In this document: positions 34,191 to 39,499 of the stretch, one piece after another
How positions within the stretch are numbered: position 1 is the stretch's first letter
Layout: the number at the start of each line of letters is the position of its first letter
Assembly: GCA_050699835.1 (NCBI GenBank)
Contig: JBOHFW010000055.1
Coordinates: 1 to 39,499 of the forward strand
Source: Pseudonocardiaceae bacterium
Lineage (GTDB): Bacteria > Actinomycetota > Actinomycetes > Mycobacteriales > Pseudonocardiaceae
Reading direction: 5' to 3'
DNA: 39,499 bases
Program-made: the position numbers and the translations under genes
Notes under the pieces: model-generated
What the model was told of the DNA's origin: nothing
Databases searched by the model: none
The model's input: the letters and a program-made list of their open reading frames with translations, nothing else

Positions 34191-37100
34191 GTGGGGCTAG
34201 AGCTGCGGGCGTTGGGCCCGGTCGAGGCAGTGGTCGATGGCCGGTTGGTCGATTTGGGGCCATTTAAGCAGCGTGCCCTGTTCGCCCTGTTGTTGAGTCG
34301 GGTGGATCGGTCGGTGGCGGTCGACACCCTGATTGAGGAGCTGTGGTCGGGGGAACCACCCGCCGCGGCGATGGCATCGCTGCAGGCGTATGTGTCCAAT
34401 CTGCGGCGGGTGTTGGAGCCGCACCGCCCACCCCGTGCTCCTGCTGTGGTGTTGCGTACCCGCGCGCCGGGTTATGTGCTGGATAGTCACGGTGCAGAGG
34501 TTGATGTCCGTCGGTTTAGTAGCTACGCCACGGCCGGGCAGAAGGCACTGGCCCGGGCCGATCCTGAGCAGGCGTTACAGCAGTTCGACAGGGCGCTGCG
34601 GCTGTGGCGTGGACAGGCCTACGCCGACATGCGCGACGCCGCGTGGGCGAGGTTTGAGATTGCTCGGCTCGAGGAGCTGCGGCTCTCGGTGAACGAACAG
34701 CGGTTCACGGCACTCCTGGAGCTTGGGGCACACCAGGTGACGGTGGCCGAGCTAGAGGGACACGCCCGCGCCCATCCGCTCCGGGAACAGGGCTGTGAGT
34801 TACTTGCCTTGGCGTTGTACCGCAGCGGGCGGCAGGCCGAAGCGCTGGGAGTGCTGCGGACTAACCGGATGAAGTTGGCCGAGGAGCTGGGCATCGATCC
34901 CGGGCCAGCGCTGCAGCGATTGGAACGGGACATCCTCATGCAAGCCCGCACACTGGACTGGCACCCACCGCAGCCGGCGCTCGCTGCGCCCATCACGGCG
35001 CGGGCGCCAGGGCCGGCACCGGCGAGCATCGCCCCGCAGCCACTAGTCAATGCCGAGGTCTTTGTTGGCCGCGAGGCAGCGTTGCAGCAGCTTGTCAACG
35101 TGCTGGGCGTCGTGGCTGACGGTCGCGGGCGGGTGGTGCTGGTCGCGGGCGAGCCGGGGATTGGCAAGACGACCCTACTGCGGCGCTTTGCGGAGCTGGC
35201 CCCTGTTCCGGTGGTGTGGGGTGGGTGTCCGGAGCACGTTGCAGCACCACCTTTGTGGCCTTGGGAGCAGGCGCTGCGCGCGGTGAACGCCCACTGGCCC
35301 GATCGGTCGGTGCCGGACTCGGTGAGCGCGCTGCTGAGTGATCAACCCCTGGAGATATCCCAGCTTGACGTGGCCAGCGCCGCGTTGCGGCGTTTCGAGG
35401 CGATCGGTGAGTATCTGACCTCCGGGCCAGACCCGCTGGCGGTGGTCGTCGATGACTTGCATTGGGCGGATATCGCCTCGCTGCTGCTGCTCACGCATCT
35501 TGCCGAGTTGGTAGCCACCAGCCCGCTGTTGCTGGTGGCCTCCTATCGGCCGCACGAGTCGGCCACGCTGGCCGCCACGCTAAGCACGCTGGCCCGCGTC
35601 GGGGCCGTCCGGATCGAGCTGAGTGGCCTGGGCGCGGCAGAGGTGCAAGTCTTGGCAGGCGCGGTGGCTGGGCGGGTCGTCAGCAAGCACACCGCGCAAG
35701 CGCTGTGGGCCCGCACCGAGGGCAACCCGTTTTTCCTGCGGGAACTGGTCGGATTGTTGGTCAGTGAGCAACGCCTGGACCAGCCAGACACCGCACCGGT
35801 GCCGGTGCCTGTGCGCGAGGTGGTGCTGTGCCGCGTCGCTCGGCTGCCCCACGACACCGCCGCGGTGTTGTCGATGGCCGCCATCGCCGGCCGGGACTTC
35901 GACGTCCAGGTCGTGGCCGAGGCCGCCGCAGTCGAGATCGACGCCGCGTTGGAGGCGATCGACGCCGCGGTGGCCGTCGGGCTGGTGGTCGAGGACGAGC
36001 AGCGACTGGGCTGGTTCCGCTTTACCCACGTGCTGGTCGCTGAGGCCCTGTATCAGGCGACCGGGCGGCTGCACCGCGCCCGCCAGCATCGCCGGCTGGG
36101 GCAGGCGACCGCCCAGGCGTGGGCCGGGCACGACGAGCGCGCCGGCGAGATCGCCCGGCATTGGCTGCTCGCCGCCGAACTCGACTCCGCCACCGCCGCA
36201 CAGGCTGCCGCCTACGCCAAGGTCGCGGCTGGGGTGGCCGATGCCCGGCTGTCCCCCGAGGACGCCGCCAAACTGTGGCAGCAGGCTCTGGCCGCCGCCG
36301 AACTGGCTAGCGACGTCGACCGCTACCCGCTGCTTACCGGCCTGGCCACCTCGCTGTACCGGGCCGGCAACTACCGTGACGGGCTGCCGTTGTTCGTCCA
36401 GGCCATGGAACAGATTCTCGTCGAAACCGACCCCGAGGGCGTCAACAGCTCCCGCCTGGTTACCGCAGCGCTTGGGGCCATCGGCGAGCCCGCCTGGTAT
36501 CCGGGCGATTACGGCATCATCGACGAGCCGCTGGTTGGGGTACTTGAGCGCGCCCTGCCGCAGCTTATTGACCCCAAGCAACGTGCGTTAGTGCTGTCTT
36601 GCCTGGCCGTCGCCCGCTACTACGACGACGATCCCTCGGGTCGCGCCGCGCTATCGGACCAGGCCCTGGCTTTAGCCCGCGCCACCGCGGACCACCTCGC
36701 GCTGGCCCACGTGTTGCGCTTGCGGACGTTGGCGCTGTATGGCCCCGACTACCCTGCGCAGTGCCTGGAAGCGACCACCGAGCTACTGGAACTGCCCGGC
36801 GTGCCCCAAGCACTGGCGGTATCCGCCCGGCTGCTCCGCGCCCACGTCCTGATGATGCTGGGCCGCATTGCGGACGCTGCCGCTGACTTCGATCTGCTTA
36901 TTCCCCTCGTCGAACAACTGCGCTCACCACAACTTCGCAGCCAGCTCGATTGGTCCCGGGCCGGGCTGCTGCTGCTGGCTGGGCGCTGGTCAGAGGCTGA
37001 GGAGCTGAGCCAAGCCACATTTGACGTGTACGCCCGGACGGAGTGGTTCGTTGTGCGAGCCGCCCGGATGGCCCAATGCTGGGAGGCGGCGTACTTAACC

Positions 37101-37589
37101 GGGCGCGGCACGGACCTAGTCGACAAGCTGCGTGCCGCCGCTAAGGCTACCGGTATGCCCGCGCTGTACAGCATTCTGGCCATGGCACTGGTGCAGGCCG
37201 GCCGAGCAGAGGAGGCCCGCCGTGAACTGTGCGACTATCAGCCCGGCCCTAGGGACTACACGTGGCTCTACACTCAGTGTTGGGCTCTGCTAGCAGCGTC
37301 GCGGTTGGGTGACACTGAGCTGGTGGCCCGACTACGCGGCGAGCTGCTGCCCTACCGTGGGCTGGCCTGCGTGGTCGGGTGGGCGGGCGCCAGCGGGTCG
37401 GTGGCCTATTTCACTGCTGAAGCAGCGTTGGCTCTCGGTGACCCCGATACCGCCCTAGCTGACCTCACCATCGCTATCGAGACCACCGAACGGATGGGCG
37501 CGCTGCCCTGGCTGGCTCAGGTCCACGAGACCATCACCCGGGCCCAGCGATTGCGCCAAACCCACATCAGTGAGCGTCAAGCGCGGTAA
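34191..37589 (+). CDS. SARP/AfsR-family regulator: OmpR-type wHTH + BTAD + P-loop STAND NTPase + TPR
   Basis: LRALGPVEAVVDGRLVDLGPFKQRALFALLL.., BTAD ..ALRLWRGQAYAD..LEELRL..ALYRSGRQAEAL..R..L.EELGIDPGP.L. Walker A LVAGEPGIGKTTLL, Walker B VVVDDLHWAD, and a long helical-repeat C-terminus. GTG start. Confidence 0.85.
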   Translation: MGLELRALGPVEAVVDGRLVDLGPFKQRALFALLLSRVDRSVAVDTLIEELWSGEPPAAAMASLQAYVSNLRRVLEPHRPPRAPAVVLRTRAPGYVLDSHGAEVDVRRFSSYATAGQKALARADPEQALQQFDRALRLWRGQAYADMRDAAWARFEIARLEELRLSVNEQRFTALLELGAHQVTVAELEGHARAHPLREQGCELLALALYRSGRQAEALGVLRTNRMKLAEELGIDPGPALQRLERDILMQARTLDWHPPQPALAAPITARAPGPAPASIAPQPLVNAEVFVGREAALQQLVNVLGVVADGRGRVVLVAGEPGIGKTTLLRRFAELAPVPVVWGGCPEHVAAPPLWPWEQALRAVNAHWPDRSVPDSVSALLSDQPLEISQLDVASAALRRFEAIGEYLTSGPDPLAVVVDDLHWADIASLLLLTHLAELVATSPLLLVASYRPHESATLAATLSTLARVGAVRIELSGLGAAEVQVLAGAVAGRVVSKHTAQALWARTEGNPFFLRELVGLLVSEQRLDQPDTAPVPVPVREVVLCRVARLPHDTAAVLSMAAIAGRDFDVQVVAEAAAVEIDAALEAIDAAVAVGLVVEDEQRLGWFRFTHVLVAEALYQATGRLHRARQHRRLGQATAQAWAGHDERAGEIARHWLLAAELDSATAAQAAAYAKVAAGVADARLSPEDAAKLWQQALAAAELASDVDRYPLLTGLATSLYRAGNYRDGLPLFVQAMEQILVETDPEGVNSSRLVTAALGAIGEPAWYPGDYGIIDEPLVGVLERALPQLIDPKQRALVLSCLAVARYYDDDPSGRAALSDQALALARATADHLALAHVLRLRTLALYGPDYPAQCLEATTELLELPGVPQALAVSARLLRAHVLMMLGRIADAAADFDLLIPLVEQLRSPQLRSQLDWSRAGLLLLAGRWSEAEELSQATFDVYARTEWFVVRAARMAQCWEAAYLTGRGTDLVDKLRAAAKATGMPALYSILAMALVQAGRAEEARRELCDYQPGPRDYTWLYTQCWALLAASRLGDTELVARLRGELLPYRGLACVVGWAGASGSVAYFTAEAALALGDPDTALADLTIAIETTERMGALPWLAQVHETITRAQRLRQTHISERQAR

Positions 37590-37615
37590 CCGACGGTGTC
37601 CACATTTGCCTGCGG

Positions 37616-38548
37616 TTAAGGACGTTTACACGCGACGGAGCTCTCATCGATTGTGGCCTTGAGAAAGCGCGGGTAATGGGAGAAGCGAAAGTCGTGTGCG
37701 TTCTCCCAGTCACGCAGGCAACTTAGTGTGGTCTCCGCGTGCAGGTATTCTGCGACTGACAAGCCTCCGGCGATTTTATCATCTCCTTCGGCCTCTAGTT
37801 CGGCGGAAACTAGACCTCGGCCTGTACGGATTGCGGCGCTGAGTTCGCGATATCCGCGGATGGCGAAGAAGTACGGGCGGGCGTAGCAAACGATCGACCC
37901 TTCAGGGTCATCGGCCACCGGTTGCTCGCTGTCTGGCTGCAGGTATTGCATACAACTGCCCGTTGGGATGACCCGGCGAGGGCTGATCCAGAGCTGGGGC
38001 GCTGTCACGGGGTTCATGACGTGCTCGATCAGGGCAATAATGTCATCTTGGGAAGCGTCGCTGCTGTCGATAACGACGTCGTAATTACTTAAGCGGGAGA
38101 TGTCGACTTGGTACTTGCCCAGAAACCGTGCTTGTTCACTAGCCGCTCTTGCCTCCACTGCCGCTTGCGCGGCACCCACATTATCGTATTTCTCTACCGC
38201 GGACCCGGTCCGGTTATATATCCGTTCCGCCCCGATGTCGGGTGCCACGACAATGTGAATCTTGAGTGCGGAGGGCACGAAGTGCCATGCCATACGTGAA
38301 TCAAAAACGGTTGGTGGCCCAGTTTGGCCCTCATCAAGCAGCATACCATCGATCTGCAGATCGATGGACTCATCGGTCTCGGCGTCGAGGTTCGCTTGCA
38401 GGGTGCTAATTCCCCGCTTTGCGGCGATGTCACGCTGCAACATTCCGGTGCTGATGAGCCGACCACCAGTCCGCTGCGCCAATATAGCCGCTACGGTGCT
38501 CTTTCCGCTACCAAGGTCACCGCTAATGGCTAGGTGTTGCTCCAGCAA
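37616..38548 (-). CDS. Cytidylate-kinase-like P-loop protein fused to a ParB/Srx-like C-terminal domain
   Basis: P-loop LAISGDLGSGKSTVAAILA, CMK-like VFDSRMAWHFVPSALKIHIVVAPDIGAERI and YDVVIDSSD. C-terminus ..LWISPRRVIPTGS...IVCYARPYFFAIRGYRELSAAIRTGRGLVSAEL resembles the ParB N-domain layout with GYRE in place of GHHR. Start taken at TTG 38548 (AGAGGA upstream); the track start 38716 is unlikely. Visibly lower G+C than its neighbours. Confidence 0.65.
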   Translation of the reverse strand: MLEQHLAISGDLGSGKSTVAAILAQRTGGRLISTGMLQRDIAAKRGISTLQANLDAETDESIDLQIDGMLLDEGQTGPPTVFDSRMAWHFVPSALKIHIVVAPDIGAERIYNRTGSAVEKYDNVGAAQAAVEARAASEQARFLGKYQVDISRLSNYDVVIDSSDASQDDIIALIEHVMNPVTAPQLWISPRRVIPTGSCMQYLQPDSEQPVADDPEGSIVCYARPYFFAIRGYRELSAAIRTGRGLVSAELEAEGDDKIAGGLSVAEYLHAETTLSCLRDWENAHDFRFSHYPRFLKATIDESSVACKRP

Positions 38549-38738
38549 GGTGGGTCCTCTCGGTGTGAGCGTGAGCGATGAGGTCGCTAGTATATCCGGC
38601 CTCAGCGCTCGTATTGTGTGTGCACATTGTATTCCTCCAGCAGCGTGTGGAAGGGGGCTCAACAACAGCGCTGAGGAGTAAATCCTTGGCCTGGCAGCCC
38701 AGATCCGCGCCCTCACCCGAACCTGACCGCTCTGCCGG

Positions 38739-38843
38739 TTACCAGGTCGGGTGCGCTGAGATCCCGCCGTCGACCACGAGATGCTGGCCGGTGATCCACC
38801 CGGTCACCACGGCCACCGTCCCGCTGAGATCCACGTCACCCAT
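38739..38843 (-). pseudogene. Short-chain dehydrogenase mini-remnant (in-frame internal deletion)
   Basis: MGDVDLSGTVAVVTG|WITGQHLVVDGGISAHPTW*: the SDR N-terminal cofactor-binding start is joined directly to the SDR C-terminal ITGQ.L.VDGG tail. 34 codons in total; ACCGG microhomology at the junction. Confidence 0.6.
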
Positions 38844-38936
38844 CGTCCCAGCCGAGATCACCGGCGCTGCACCCCCAACCGTGAGATGCTCCAGACGCGC
38901 ACAACGCGATGGGGGTCACGAATGGAAGCCCTCTGG

Positions 38937-39499
38937 ATGAGCGGATTGACTGGGCTGCTCGCACAGGCCGCGCCGCCTGATCTGCTCTACGCCCGCATGC
39001 AGATGGCGTTGTCTTTGGGCTGGCACATCGTGGTGGCCTGCTTCGGGGTGGCCTTACCGGCGATGGTGTTGTTCACCGAGTGGCGGGCGTATCGCAACGG
39101 CGACCCGGATATGAACGCGCTGGCCCGCACCTGGGCCAAGGCGCTGGGTGTGCTGTTCGCCGTGGGCGCGGTGTCCGGAACGATCCTGTCCTTCGAGATG
39201 GGCATGCTCTGGCCGGGGCTGATGGCCCGGTTCGGGCAGATCTACGGGTTCCCCTTCACCCTGGAGGCCTTCGCGTTCTTCATCGAGGCGATCTTCGTCG
39301 GGGTGTACCTGTACGGGTGGAACCGGCTGCCACCGCGCATCCACCTGCTCTCCGGCCTCCCGATGATCGCGGCGGGAGTGGCCGGGGCGTTCTTCGTGGT
39401 AGCGGCCAACGGGTGGATGAACACCCCGACCGGGTTCGAGATCCGCAACGGGGAGGTCGTGAACGTCGATCCGTGGGTGGGGTTGCTCAACCCCTCCAC
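38937..39499 (+). CDS. cydA: Cytochrome bd-type ubiquinol oxidase subunit I (5' part; continues beyond the window)
   Basis: Open to the window end, so absent from the track: ..LLYARMQMALSLGWHIVVACFGVALPAMVLFTEW..GAVSGTILSFEMGMLWPGLM..GFPFTLEAFAFFIEAIFVGVYLYGW..VVAANGWMNTP is typical of CydA. In-frame alternative starts at 38886 and 38922. Confidence 0.8.
   Translation, partial: MSGLTGLLAQAAPPDLLYARMQMALSLGWHIVVACFGVALPAMVLFTEWRAYRNGDPDMNALARTWAKALGVLFAVGAVSGTILSFEMGMLWPGLMARFGQIYGFPFTLEAFAFFIEAIFVGVYLYGWNRLPPRIHLLSGLPMIAAGVAGAFFVVAANGWMNTPTGFEIRNGEVVNVDPWVGLLNPS

Noticed and set aside
35580-36591. 333-aa minus and 322-aa plus ORFs inside the SARP-STAND gene
   Set aside because: These are alternative frames of a gene with clear Walker and TPR-like content. 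Their translations are low-complexity.
1-39499. CRISPR arrays, rRNA genes, prophage structural genes, conjugation/replication genes
   Set aside because: No regularly spaced direct repeats, no rRNA-like conserved segments, and no capsid, tail, FtsK/Tra or Rep motifs were seen on either strand.

Overview
High-GC actinobacterial chromosome segment in two parts.

**Core region (about 1.3-20.1 kb).** The genes are intact and syntenic with known actinobacterial loci:
- aroE; then a Methyltransf_19-type methyltransferase, a PAS-GGDEF-EAL protein and DoxX, chained by ATGA overlaps.
- A secreted S8 protease and DUF3145.
- A FAS-II block on the minus strand (fasR/mabR-like PucR regulator, fabD, fabH, ACP, KAS, accD6-like carboxyltransferase). 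This combines the Streptomyces fasR-fabD-fabH-acpP-fabF order with the M. tuberculosis Rv2242-Rv2247 order.
- Pirin, aceE, DUF3052, ahpE and tRNA-Val(TAC), as in Rv2238c-Rv2241.

**Island (20.1 to about 38.7 kb).** Directly after the tRNA lies an ~18.6 kb mosaic, largely decayed genomic island.
- Decayed parts: a doubly disrupted tyrosine integrase, several frameshifted small genes, IS6/IS21/IS110 fragments, a truncated serine recombinase and an endonuclease-VII-like remnant.
- Intact cargo: (i) an unannotated 47-aa Asp-Gly-containing charged peptide coupled to a stand-alone PIMT-type O-methyltransferase (minimal aspartimide/imiditide-like RiPP pair); this is my best candidate for the system of interest. 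(ii) An orphan toxin-like protein with an LQxxAGNxxV N-terminal motif and a split LAS/M15 peptidase signature, boxed in by inward-facing IS6-family ends. (iii) A SARP-STAND-TPR regulator convergent with a cytidylate-kinase-like/ParB-like fusion.
- An 0.85 kb non-coding stretch is packed with CCAGGGAGG/CCTCCCTGG motifs.

**Flanks.** The window ends with an SDR mini-remnant and the 5' part of cydA. The first 1.3 kb also holds decayed accessory genes, including a class A beta-lactamase remnant.

All family calls come from motif recognition by eye; no searches were run.
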